A stretch of DNA of 62,046 nucleotides, from contig NC_068981.1 in assembly GCF_001194135.2 (NCBI RefSeq), positions 113,201,383 to 113,263,428 of the forward strand. The letters run 5' to 3'. The translations under genes were made by a program, and so were the position numbers. How positions within the stretch are numbered: position 1 is the stretch's first letter; every line of letters starts with the position of its first letter. The DNA comes from Octopus bimaculoides. Lineage: Eukaryota. Shown piece after piece: positions 10,480 through 22,864 of this stretch. Under the pieces are notes generated by a model, which did no database searches, had not been told where the DNA came from, and worked only from the letters and a program-made list of their open reading frames with translations.

Positions 10480-12870
10480 AAGTCTTTCCAACTTGGTCAG
10501 CCATGAATCTGAGCAAGAAACTACAGTTAGGCAGTAAGTGATGACCAATGTAATGAACACATTGGCTACCTTCACCCTCCCTTTCAGGGAAAGCAGCTGC
10601 CCAGACCAGGTCTTGGCTCTGTGGTCTACCCTGCTCGAAACCACAGGACTGTTCTTGTCTACCTGGAGATTTGGGCCAAACCAGACTACTAGCAACTCAA
10701 CCAGGCTCTGTCTGGAAGCATCGACTTGCCCCTCCAGGTGCCAAGTTGCAAGCTGACTGACTTATCCCAATTACTCTTTGCTCCTGCCACCATCTTGTAA
10801 ACCTCAATGGCCTCGCCTACCCTCTGTAGGTGTTCCATTTTGGTCACGATGATGGCGATGTTATCCACATAAGCTGAAACTGACTTTTCACTGCCTGGTC
10901 CTGTCAAGATACCACTCAACTTTCGCAGTAACAGCTCAAGAGCCATCACATACAAAAGTGGTGAGAGTGGATACCCTTGATGAACTGAGCGCTTGATACA
11001 GAATGGTTTTTTACAAAAAACTGTTCACCCGAATGATCGAGTTGATGTTATCATACAAATGAATTATCCACCTAAGGAAGCCAAGACCTAGGCTGAACTG
11101 TGCAAGAACAGACACCAGGTAATGATGGTTAACCCTATCGAATGCCTTAGCTTGGTCTAAATGGACCACTGCTAGAATTATTCTCAAACCCCTCTAAGGT
11201 GTAACGTAGAAGGTGAAGATTGTCCTGAATGGTTCTGCTGGAAAAAGGTGGGTGAAGTGCTTCTGAAAGGCCTCACACATCTCCTCAGGTTTGTTTATCA
11301 ACTTACCTTGATGGTTCACCAAAGATCGTACTGTGGAATCATTTACACATTGGACTTCCACCACTCGGGCCCATCCAGTGGCTCTGATTCCTTCGCAACC
11401 CACTGCATGTAGTCTAGCCCTGACAATGCACCTGATGTGCTTGGCTTCAAGGTACTGCTTTAAGTTCCAGTCTCTTTACCTTCACCTGGGTTGCACTGCC
11501 AGACCTCATGGCTTCCTCTAAAGCCTTAACTAAACCCTGTTCCTGCCTACATTCACTAGCCACTAAACCTATGCTATATCTAATAGACTCGAATTTAATG
11601 GCTCGTTTTAGGGCATACCACCATTCGTTATTAATGATGGCTCCTGTTAACGCCCCCTGTATTAACAATTTAACCCGCTTTCTGTACTCCTCAATCTCCG
11701 AAAGGGATGTATTGAGTTTCTAGTAGCCATATCCTTGACTATATACCTTATCTATGTTCAACTCACAAGTGACCAACTTATGATCACTGTAGCTGACTGG
11801 ATAAAACTCTGAACACTTAGCTATATTCCTATCAGCTTTTCTAATTAAAATCTTATCTATGTATGACCTGGAAGACCCGTCGCCACTTGACCATGTCCAC
11901 ATTGGAGTGTTCAGGTGTTCCATCCTATATGGAACTGGTAGCTGAAAACGACTTAGCAGTTCCCGGAAGCCAATATTACTTCTCCTATCTGTTCTCGAGC
12001 CAACACAATCTACACATGCATCGCAGATTGTGTTATAGTCTCCTAACAAAGCTAGTGAATATGACATACACAGAAACTTCTCTAGGTCACAAAAATACTC
12101 ACTTTGACCAAAATTGGGTGCATAAATTGCAACCAGTCTGATCGTCTTACCACAACTGAATGTCAAGCCCATAACAACCAGAAAAAATCAACCTTTTCTT
12201 TGAAACCCAGTTTCTTTTTAACAGGACCAACACCCCACCCCTGTCCGCCAGTCGACCTAGAGAAATGAATTTCTCGTAGCTGCTCTGCAACGGGGGTAGA
12301 TCTCTTGGCTCCTTTAACCAGGTTTCAGTTGCTACAATAACATCCAAATTCCATGACCTGATGTCATTTAGGAAGCACCCTTGCTTCCAACTCGATGACA
12401 GGCCACACACATTTAAACAAACATGAACTGACATAAGAGTCTTACCTTTTATTCAGTAGAGGTAAGTGAAGTGGTCTACACCTCTTCTTTTTTCTGGGCT
12501 CGTGGGATTGGAGGAGGTGGGCCCTGAAAGATTGAAGGTGAAAAAACTTTTTCATATAGGGCCTATCTCTTTTCTATAGGTATTGGCTAGGATATTATAA
12601 CTTGTACGGTCTATTCGATAAATGTTATAGTTTATATATGAATTGGATAAATCCTCCATTCATTTGGCAGTCTTAATAATCTGCAATTCACTTATTAATC
12701 TATTATTGTCTGTTTCTACCGCTACTGGGTTATCTTCTTCTGTCTTTTTCTTTCTCAAGGCTTTTTTCTTGGGTATCTTGTCAGCTGCTTTTGTTGGGGA
12801 GGTTGGGTGAATTTTTCTTTTTCCATTTTTCTCCCCTTGGTTGCTGCTTCTGCCTTCTATTTTTTCTCTT
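10480..12870 (-). mobile_element. L1/Tx1-clade LINE fragment (K-rich ORF1-like tail, APE, partial RT), internally deleted
   Basis: CLNVCGL...VATETW, IRLVAIYAPN, LLGDYN, WTW...SYIDKIL, QGYPLSPLLYVMALE..., AYVDNIAI, LSLKGRVKVANVF. Confidence 0.85.
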
Positions 12871-12905
12871 CCTAACCCTAACCCTAACCCTAACCCTAAC
12901 CCTAA
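12871..12905. repeat. Interstitial telomeric-type repeat: CCTAA plus (CCCTAA)5
   Basis: Perfect repeat read directly from the sequence. Confidence 0.97.
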
Positions 12906-13120
12906 TACATATAAAATACAGTATAATTCATGTTGGTGACACTAGTAGAGGGAAACAAAAACCAACAAATGTAGTGGAAGTGACTAACAGTCAGAGACAC
13001 TTGTAGCGAGACAGAAAAGATCTGTTGTGTTGTAACTTAGTTCAGTTGTGCTTTGGCAGACTCCAGTCAATCAGAGCTGGAAGCATAATAATACAAGTCA
13101 CAACTTCTGCCCAGCAGTAT

Positions 13121-13446
13121 TCTTTTACTCTTTTACTTGTTTCAGTCTTTTGACTGTGGTCATGCTGGAGCACCTCCTTTAGTCGAGCAAATCGACCCCA
13201 GGACTTATTCTTTGGAAGCCTAGTACTTATTCTATCGGTCTCTTTTGCTGAACCTATAAGTTACAGGGACGTAAACACACCAGCATCGGTTGTCAAGCGA
13301 TGTTGGGGGGACAAACACATACACACATATATATATATAGTAGGCTATAGTAGAAGACACTTGGCCAAGATGCCACGCAGTGGGACTGAACCTGGAACCA
13401 TGTGGTTGGTAGGCAAGCTACTTACCACACAACCACTCTTACGCCT
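13121..13446 (-). mobile_element. tRNA-derived SINE with CORE-like segment
   Basis: Minus strand starts aggcgt..gagtggttgtgtggtaag, has B-box-like ggttcagtccc and CORE-like cttggccaagtgtcttct, and ends in a (gtaaaaga)n tail. Confidence 0.75.
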
Positions 13447-13989
13447 ATTGCACACCTTTTTGGAATAACTTGAGCAATTGTGGATTTGACGACATAGAAG
13501 CAACATCACTTTCTTCGACATGTCACATTTTCTATGTCTACCACCAACTACATGCAATTCATTTGATTAATATCAGCTTCCACTCTGCTCCATATAAACC
13601 TCAGTGTATATAATAAGTCATACAATTTTTCCTGTCTTGCATACACATATATTTGGTTCCCATTCATATGTAGGATTAATCCTTGTTACCACTTGCTAGC
13701 ATTCATTACACTACTTAATAAATTTTTGTTTTATGAACTTGCTTTCTGAATATTCTTAATTCATGCCTCTTTAAGAAATCACTGAAAATGGATTCTTTCT
13801 ATGAACTGTCTTTGAAAAATGCTAACTACACACATTATGTTACAACTCAAACACATTACATATAGGAGGCATTCCTTCCAACTTACATTAATAACTCACA
13901 TGCAACATGCTAAATGCAGGCAACCCATAGTAAAAACTTATGAAGCTACTTTCAAAAATGCAACCTCACATTACAGCACTTCTATAGAA

Positions 13990-14670
13990 AGGTCCAATTT
14001 TAAAAATAGTATAATTTATATTGAACCAAACGTAGATAGATTTAAAAATGTAGACAGAGAAAAAAACTATGGTATAATCTACCATACAGCATGACTGTGG
14101 CTATAAATATAACTTTAAATTTTCTGAAACTCATAAATATCACTAGATCTTCAAGAGAAATTTGGTCAAAGTTAGCTATAGTTGCCCACAATAAGAATAA
14201 CAACATGAGGAACATCCCCACCAAAGATCTTGTAATTATAGATCTCTGGATAACTGTCCCCTGAACAATAAGTGCCTGGAAAAAGGACTAGTGTACAAAA
14301 CCAGCATTATGGACTTGAACAGAACAACAAAAATTTACATTAGAATCATTGGATACATACACAGCATTTGGCTTTATTCAGAAACAAAAACCAAATGACA
14401 TACAACATCTTTATTCAATATGGTATTGACGCTTAAAGAGAGGAAACTGAGCAACTCCCATACAACCAAAGCATCATAGCTAAGGGTAACATATGTGGGG
14501 GATAGGAGGATAAATGCAACCTCTGTATCAAGGAAACATTAAAAATTATAGCAAGGAAACTTTAAAGATTATGACAATGTTTTAAATATTTGGAAGGAAA
14601 ACTTCTCCCTTTGCATGCACAAAAAACAAAACATACTTCAAAATTTCAGACTTGACCATCCCACTCCCCT
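13990..14670 (+). mobile_element. Penelope-like element 3' part (degenerate GIY-YIG endonuclease)
   Basis: ...CRSLDNCPLNNKCLEKGLVYK...KIYI...IIAKG...KCNLCIKE...CMHKKQ pattern across frameshifts. Confidence 0.7.
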
Positions 14671-14939
14671 CACCCCCACTCTGCTATCCTTCTAACCTGG
14701 GTAATTTTTGGGATATCAATTATATGCGTATTATGCTTTATATGTACATTATACCTTAAAAACATATACTCCCATACTAGATTCCCTAACTACACTGATT
14801 TATACATATACGTGACATCACATGATTTACAGGAAAAATATATGTATATGAACTTACTACTCCATGGATCAAGTTTGGTGTCAAAAATCTATGAAATCAC
14901 AGAAATAATTATATGAGCAAAATACATATTGCAAGTGTG

Positions 14940-15009
14940 TGTGCATTTATATATGTTTGTGCATGTATGTATGTGTTTGTGTATTTTTATATTTTTTATA
15001 TGCATGTGC

Positions 15010-15104
<95 letters not shown>

Positions 15105-15127
15105 TGTGTTTATATACATATATACAT

Positions 15128-15165
<38 letters not shown>
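14940..15165. repeat. Compound (TA)/(TACA)/(CA) microsatellite
   Basis: Seen directly. Confidence 0.95.
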
Positions 15166-15619
15166 CAAATTTTCACATACCCTAGCCCTAAAATCCAAAT
15201 TACATCTCCTCTCCCAAACTGCATCTTTTCTCTTCCTCACATTTCTCCTTCATACACAATGATTTTCTCCAGCTCCCCATCCCTTCCCTCACTGCCCTGC
15301 TCACTGTATCACTCCTTTCCTCATTCACCTCTTTGTACCCAGGTTCTCACCAGTCAGGGCAACCCCCACTCCCTACTTGCACCTTCTTGGTAATACCTGG
15401 CCATGTGTACCTGTACCTTGAGGGCATGCCCTGGCAATTGCCAACATTTATCTCGCTCTTCCTTGTTGGCACTTCATTATTATCTTTCTCCTGCTCTCTC
15501 TTGCACTCTCTCCCTTGCTCTTTCTCTCTCGCTCTTTCATTTTGTTGGGTAACCATGTACCTCTATAACAAGACACTTCCAATTCTCCCTCTCCTTTCAA
15601 AATTCCTTGTCTTGCAAGG

Positions 15620-15846
15620 TACTTAGTGACCATGCTGATGCTGGTGCCATGTAAAAAGCATCGAGTCCATACTGCCAAGTGATTGGCATTTGGAAGCTGC
15701 AAAAAACATGCTGTAGAAAACATGCCAGCTCTAAAAAACATGCCAAAACAGACCTCACCTGTGATGGTGCCACATAAAAAACCTCAGTCCACTCTATGGG
15801 GTGGTTGGTGTTAGGAACGGCATCCAACCATAAAACCATGCCAAAA
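15620..15846 (+). mobile_element. Degenerate RTE-tail/SINE-like fragments
   Basis: ggtggttggtgttaggaacggcatccaacc matches the RTE 3' UTR motif gagtggttggcgttaggaagggcatccagc. Confidence 0.55.
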
Positions 15847-16410
15847 CAATGGGTTCTTCACAAAATTTCCAAGTCTAATCATGCACAGAGAGTGAATATG
15901 TTCTCTTCTTTGCTGTCACATCTCACAAATGAACCTTTTTTGCACCGAATAGTGACTGGTGATGAGAAATGGGTTCTCTATAAAAAATGTCAAGTGCCAA
16001 AGATAGTGGGTAGGGAAAGGAGAAACACCGCTACCCCAGGCTAAAGTAGATCTTCATCCACGTAAAGTATTGTTATCTGTTTGGTAAGATATGAAAGGTT
16101 TAATCCACTTTGAAACTGAAACCAAACAATAACCAAGGAGATCTACTGTGAGCAACTTGAGCAGCTTAAGTCTGCACTAGAAGAAAAACTATCATCTTTG
16201 GTTTCAAGACGAAAAGTGTTTTTCCATCAGGATAATGTTCGGCCACATTCCGAAGGCTGGAGCAGTTTGAATGAGAAACAATGCCCCCACCCACCATATT
16301 TGGTGAATATTGCCCCATCTGATTATCATTTATTCCACAGTCTTCAAAATCATTTGGATGGAAAAGATATGAATTCTGTAGATGAGGTCAGAACAGTACT
16401 GGAGGAATAA
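15847..16410 (+). mobile_element. Mariner DD34D transposase fragment (catalytic domain)
   Basis: FLHRIVTGDEKWVLY, FHQDNVRPH, HPPYLVNIAPSDYHLFHSLQNHL. Confidence 0.88.
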
Positions 16411-17524
16411 TTTTAGATTAAAAGAAACTTTGTTTATCTTAATTTTGAAAAATAAAAGAAGTATAAAAAAACACATTATTTATGGGATGACCCAATATAT
16501 ATATACACACACTCACATTTATAAATATGGGCATGGACTAATGTTGTTGCATATGATAATTAAGGAATTAATCTATGATGAATGAAATTTCAGGGCTAAC
16601 ACACGGGAGAGAAGAATTAAGATATTCATATAAGTTACCTTCCATGATCTGTGTATTTATATGAAGATCCTGATTAGTTTCATCCAAAATGGTGATGAGT
16701 ATGAACACTTCTATGTCACATACTTGAACAATTGTGAATATAACTTCACATGAAACCATTGGTTGCATTTTCAACTCGCAGNNNNNNNNNNNNNNNNNNN
16801 NNNNNNNNNNNNNNATATATATATATATATATATATAATGCACTTCACACAGTTTCCATTTGCTAAATTTCCCTTATACGGGTTGGTCAACACAAAGGTG
16901 CTGTGTTCAAAGATATTTACCTGTAGTGTTGCTGAATGAAACCAGACATGAATATGCCTGCATCCATATCTTTTTTCATATTTCTTCAGTGCTTTTATGT
17001 TATCATTTTCATCATCATGTTTACAGTTATGTTTCAAGTATTAATGATATGAATATCCCAATATTCTGCTACAGGAATTGTTATTGTGATATTTTTTTAG
17101 TAGAGGGTGTATTATCTTTGATATATTTAAAACTCTAGGTCATACGACTGAGATAATAGGTGTAAGTTCATATGAGAAGAGCTTGTAGCTAATCCAAGCA
17201 GACATGAGCATATTTTTACTTGATAAATTTAAACACAAGAGAAGCTATAAAAATACTAGTCAGCTCTATTGGGTTTTCTAAATTAATTGTTATTGATTAT
17301 TTATTGTCACAAGACCACATGCTTGTGGAGCAGTTAGTTGGTTAGTACTTTTTCTTTTTAATGGATTTATAATATTCAGTAAAAACCATTTATTTTATTT
17401 CCTAATATAATTATATCTGTGCTTTTAATATGTATTTAAAGAAACTTAATATTTGCTCTCTCTTTCTCTTTTTTTTTTTTTTTTTCTATTTCTTCACACC
17501 GCTCTCCCATATTTCCTTCAAAAG

Positions 17525-17790
17525 TTGATCTGAACCAACTGTATATCAAAGCTAGTCTGAAAAATCTTGGCATTGTCTTTCTAATGACTGATGCTCAAGT
17601 GGCTGATGAAATATTTCTTGTTCTTATCAATGATTTACTGACTTCTGGTGAGATCTTGAATTTATTTTCTGATGATGAACTTGAAATTATTATAAATGCA
17701 ATGCGACCCGAAGTAAAGGGTATGGGCATGGAAGATTCCAGAGAGAATTGTTGGAGATACTTTATTGATAAAGTACGGAGAAACTTGAAG
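17525..17790 (+). CDS. DNAH9/DNAH17-like: Dynein heavy chain exon B (AAA4)
   Basis: Long polypyrimidine tract then ttcaaaag|TT. The phase-1 join with exon A gives K-V-DLNQLYIKASLKNLGIVFLMTDAQVADEIFLVLINDLLTSGEI...ENCWRYFIDKVRRNLK. Donor AAG|gtaagc at 17790/17791, phase 0. Confidence 0.95.
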
Positions 17791-18943
17791 GTAAGCTTCC
17801 ACTTTAGATGACGGAAGATTTTCTCTTCCTCTTTTTTTTCTGCTCAAAAGTGTTATTATTATTTTCTAAATAAATTATCTGCTAGATTTAAATTTCTGTC
17901 ATGTCAAGACAATGAAGGAGCTTCTACATGGTCACTAAATCTTAGCAGCCAAATCTTTTTCAATGGCAATTTCATTTCATAGTATGTCTACAAGCTTTAT
18001 TGTCATGGGTAATGGAAAGTTTGAGCTCTTTTCCTTCAGTGAATCAGCAGTGAATGAAGAAGGGAGGATGCAGTGCTGGAAACAAATAATGAGAAGGAAA
18101 CTGGACATTGATGAAATGGGATAGTGGTAAGGTGGAACTGCTTCAAACAAACACATAAACAATGAACTGGCAAAACAGTATAAAAAAGAAGAGAACTCTT
18201 GTAATTAGGTCCACAGAAAAATATAAAGAAAAAAGCCTGAAAAGTTCTAAAGAGGGGATATGCACAGTATATCATCTTTCACCTTGGGGTCCCATTACCT
18301 CCTCTGAGAGGCTCAACATTTTGCGGTCAGTTTACACCACTTTGCCCCACATCTTCCCAAGTCTTCTTCTACGGGCTCCTTCTATGTTTAGTGATTGGCA
18401 TCTATTTCCTGTGTGTCATCTTTTTCCCATGTGTTTATGGGGAGAAAAATATTGAAAAACATTACTACATGTCATAGTGATGAAGAAATGAGGAAGGTGG
18501 TTGTGGGATGTGCTAGAAATAACAGTCATATCTCCCTTAAATCACACAACCCTTTCATCTGAAAATATTTTCAAAATTTTTTGTTTTTTACTGAAAAGGC
18601 TTCTCCATAGTTTTTGAGTGTGTAGTGCTAAAAACTGGCCAAAATTATCTGGAGGGAGTGGGGAAGATGAAAAAAGGAATCAAATTTAAAAAAATATTTT
18701 TTCCATATGAAGATTGCCCCTTCCCCTATCATTTTGAAGGCCATGGTGAAAAAATAATTGGAAAAGCCCCTTCAAAACAGAGAAAATCCAACCTTATGTG
18801 GACATCCTGATCTGAAACTCTACCTATGTGTAATTTTTTTCTCTTTTTTTGAAAATCATATGTCCCGCATAAAGACAACATAACTTTGTTGACTGCATGG
18901 GCAGCCTGTACAGCATACCTTGCTTTGAGATATTTTCTCTCTT

Positions 18944-19390
18944 CTTTCAACACAACATTATATATAGTTTTTTCATTTCTTTTTCTTCTAGCCAGAATTA
19001 TTTTTCTCATCTTATTTAGATTTTTATTGTACCACACAGAATTATATATATTTTTTTCTCTTTCAACACATTTTTTTTTCTTTCATTTCTTTTTCTTCTA
19101 ACCAGAATTATTTTTCTCTTCTTATTTAAATTTTTTCTTGTTCCACACAGAACCATATTTTTTTTCAAAATACCACAAGTAGTACCTGTCTACATAATTT
19201 ACCAGTAGCGCTATTAACATATAGTGACCTGACTTAAATCCTTTGAACAGACGTATTATTATTATTCGTTTTTTTGTTCTACACAGAACCATATTTTTTC
19301 CCTCAAAGTGCCACAGGTAGTACCAGTGTACATTATTTACCCTGTAGCACTATTGATATATAGCGACCTGACTTAAATTCTTCGAATTAG
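18944..19390. repeat. Two staggered tandem duplications (about 111-116 bp and about 136-139 bp periods)
   Basis: ccagaattatttttctc at 18992/19102; gacctgacttaaat at 19226/19365; shared acacagaa anchor three times (about 19034, 19145, 19281). Confidence 0.85.
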
Positions 19391-20978
19391 CTTATTTTAT
19401 TTTTCACTGTTTAGTTCAGTTCTGTGTTAGAGTTCCAGTTCCAGTTTTATCTGACATTTTTTCTTCAGAATCTTTTTCTATATATTTTCCACTGTGTGTA
19501 TATTACTTTTCCCTGTATGAAGTTCAAACTTTTAACATTTTTCCACTGTGTGAACTCCAAATCCTCATCACCACTGATGTCCTGCATTATGATGATGTAA
19601 CTTCGTCATCTGCATGATTGGCCTGTACAGCATACCTCACTGACTGACACTACTTACTGAGTCTGTCCACTATTTATTAGTAGTGGACCAGCCCACTTCT
19701 CATCTGGGGTGTCTGCCACAACAAAAAATAATATTTATCACTAAGCATAACTCTTAGTTTAGTTTAGGCTGCGTAAATGTTATGATGTATACATGATAAA
19801 ACGCGGGGTGAGCGTTTATCATGTGCACGTATGTTGAAGATATAGATTATATTTTTTTGACCGTTACACATAAAAAAATACAGTTTCATTAATATACAGA
19901 AATAAATTCAACAAGTTGAAAGAAACGAGAAGTAAAAGGAATTAAGTTTCTACATTAATTTATTATATACATATTTTTACATTTATAGAAATTTAGAAAC
20001 AAAGCATTTCCTCGTAGAGAATTTACGACTTAAATTTATCATTAACTAGTTTCTCATTCTAACTAATAAGGTTTCACGACAATTCAATATTGTCGGATTT
20101 GAGTATTGAACATGGCATATATATTTGCCTATACTCAAAAGAGTGAGTGTCGCGAACTTGAGTAACATCCAACGATCACTGGAGATTTTGCCGAAAATCA
20201 GGGTTTTTATAACGACTCATACACGAATCATAGAACCGTAACCCCGTGAAAGATTTCTTCAATGAACCTGCATTCTCTCTCCGCCTCCTATAAGTTTGCT
20301 ACACCATGTAAATATAGTTTCAATAGTTTCGTCTTCCTCGTTGTTGCCTTAAGATAACCTTAGTTCATGCATATCCTTAAGCGCCACATATTCATTTATT
20401 CAAGTTTATCACACAGTCACTTATTTCTCTAATTTTGTCATAGACTGGATGACTGAAAACTCTTAGATTTTTCAATTCTATCGACATTTGCTGTTTCATT
20501 AAATTATGCTACCCAAATCCTAAAAGAATATTTTTCTCCCTTGTATTCTGACCATCCTAACTATGGCACCCCCTCTCTCTCTCAGCCTCACTCTGTCTAT
20601 CTGTCTGTCTGTCTGTCTGTTTCTCTTTTGATTACCACTCACTTTGCCAAGACTTCCTCCCCCCCCCCCCTATATAAACTAGCGCACACACTTGGATTGC
20701 CCTATTCGATTTTTAATACCTCCGTTGAAAGAATACGTATACAGAAGATGCTCTCATCTAAATTTGCTAGTTTGTGGTACGCCCACACTCCCACCCCTCC
20801 ACCCGTACCAGAAGTTCCTATCCTCTGTCATCCTTTGGTTGTCTCCCATGAACACTTCTAAAGGCTTTATGCCATCCCTACCCCTACTTAGGGTTTATCT
20901 CCTATGTAAGGTAGTGATCATATAGTGCATAAATATGATGGTGTAGTGTATGCAGGTTGAATTGAAGGCTATTGTCTA

Positions 20979-22596
20979 TTTATGAATTCTGCCAAATGCG
21001 AGCTTTCTTTTCAGGTACATGATGCTGCTGTCCCCAATCCCAGGGACTCACAGGCCCACATCTCCCACACCTTCAGGGTTGGCATTCTCAATGTCGGCAC
21101 ACTGAAAGATCAGTCTGGTCAGATTGTTGAGATGTTTGAATGGAGATGTGTCGATTTGTGCTGCCTCCAAGAAGTAAGGTAGAGAGGAGGTTCTGCTAGG
21201 TTCATCACAGGCAAAGAACACAGGTACAAGATTTTCTGGGAAGGGAACACTAACGGGGTTGGGGCGTGGGTATACTTCTTGTGGAGAAATGGGTGGATAA
21301 GGTAATCGAGGTAGTCAGAGTATGCGATAGAATACTTAAGATTAGATTAGTCCTTCATCATGGGTTAGCAACCATTATCTCAACCTATGCCCCTCAGCTG
21401 GGGCTACCTGATGGACAGAAAGACTGATTTTATGACACCCTCTTACAGACTACCTTATTGACGAATGACAGGGACCTTCTCTTTGTAGCTGGTGACTTCA
21501 ATGGACATGTTGGACAACATGAAAGGGGCTTCCATGGCATACATGGAGGCTATGGTTTTAGTTCCCGCAATGAGGAGGGAGTCAGACTGCTGAAGTCCTG
21601 TGATGCAAATGACCTTATGGTTTGCAATATTAACTTCAGGAAATCTGCCAGTCACCTCATCACCTATTGTTCTGAGAGACACACTAGCCAAATTGACTAC
21701 ATCCTTGCCAGGAAAAGGGAAAGATGGCTGCTTATAAATGCCAAAACATTCCCAGGCGAAGAATGTACCCCACAACATAGACTAGTAGTTAGTGACTTCA
21801 GGATCAGGGCTAAGTGGTTGCCCAGAAGATGACTAGCGTGGAGGAGAAGGGTCTGGAAGCTTAAAGATCCTGTGAATGGATAGAGATTTAGAGACTTATT
21901 ACTCGAAGCTTTTGACGAAATAGAAGGGGAAGTAGCTTCACACGATGTAGAAGACAACTGGAGGTTTCTATGGGACAACCTGCTGAGAGCCACCGACCAG
22001 ATATGTGGATGGTGCGAAGTCCCCTCTCGACCCAAAATAATGTGGTGTTGGAACAATGTTGTTGACAAGGCTATTAGAGAAAAGAAACAGGCTTGGAAGG
22101 ACTGGAAGAACGGGGGTAGCAGGGAATTGTATCAGAATGCCAGAAGGGAAGCTAGGAGACAAGTTTATTTAGCCAGAGGGGAAACAGATAAGAAAAAATT
22201 TGCCAATGTTCTGCGCCGTGAGGACCAAGGAATCAAGGTATTTCTTGTTGCAAGACTGTGTGAGAGAGAATCGTGATGTCGTAGGAGAGAAATTTGTCCA
22301 CATGGATGATGGTTCACTTGCGCTAAACAAAGCTGCAAAGAGAGAGGTTTGGAGATGCCACTATGAAAGGTTGCTCAGTAAAGAGAATGAAGGGGTGAAA
22401 GAGAATCTGCCGAATGTCAACCCAACAAAGGGACCAGCTATCCGAATTGACAGATAAAGCAATTAAGTATCTTGGTAGATAAAGCAATTAAGAGTATGAA
22501 GACAGGAAAAACCCCTGGCCCATCAAGAATCACCATAGAGATGCTCAAAATATCTGGTGGTGTTGGCTATAGCCTAGTCACCCGTATAGTTAACAG
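20979..22596 (+). mobile_element. RTE LINE copy 2 (5' end through start of RT), 3'-truncated
   Basis: Colinear with copy 1 at offset 15290; starts at the same tttATGAATTCTG. Confidence 0.92.
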
Positions 22597-22864
22597 GTTA
22601 GACAAATAAGATAGTAATGGATGTAAGAGAGACAACCAATTTCTGAAAGTTACTTCGCAATGAGTTATCTCCCTTCTCCATGTAACCCAGGAACAGGTGT
22701 TTTCTGCCCCCAGGGGGCCCCATTACTAATTATGTGAAAAATCTTTAGAGTCTAGAACCATTCCTGGAACATAAGTAAGGTATGTTCCCAGTTTGGAGAA
22801 AATCAGTTGAAAAATACGGTCATTATAATCTTTTACACACACAGAACGGGATTTATATTATAGA
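22597..22864 (-). mobile_element. Terminal fragment of a non-autonomous Helitron-like element
   Basis: Homologous to 37780-37972 (ttttctgcccc..., tctagaacca..ctggaacataagtaa, cagtttggagaaaatcagt, acacacac..ttatattatagaT). The end corresponds to a TC 5' terminus on the minus strand. Confidence 0.65.

Noticed and set aside
13340-13446. tRNA-like A/B box sequences here and at 27770, 31786 and 45201
   Set aside because: They continue into SINE bodies and tails and I cannot fold a cloverleaf; these are SINE heads, not tRNA genes.
14889-15393. YI/HT-repeat ORFs, the poly-M/poly-I start of ORF 32004, and LTLTLT in ORF 12791
   Set aside because: These are translations of microsatellites or the telomeric repeat.
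16568-16781. Minus-strand ORF (...DETNQDLHINTQIMEGNLYEYL...) faintly kinase-like, with a GAAG|gtaact donor, as a possible nested antisense exon
   Set aside because: No catalytic motifs, no identifiable acceptor (gap and microsatellite upstream) and no partner exons; resemblance is too weak without a search.
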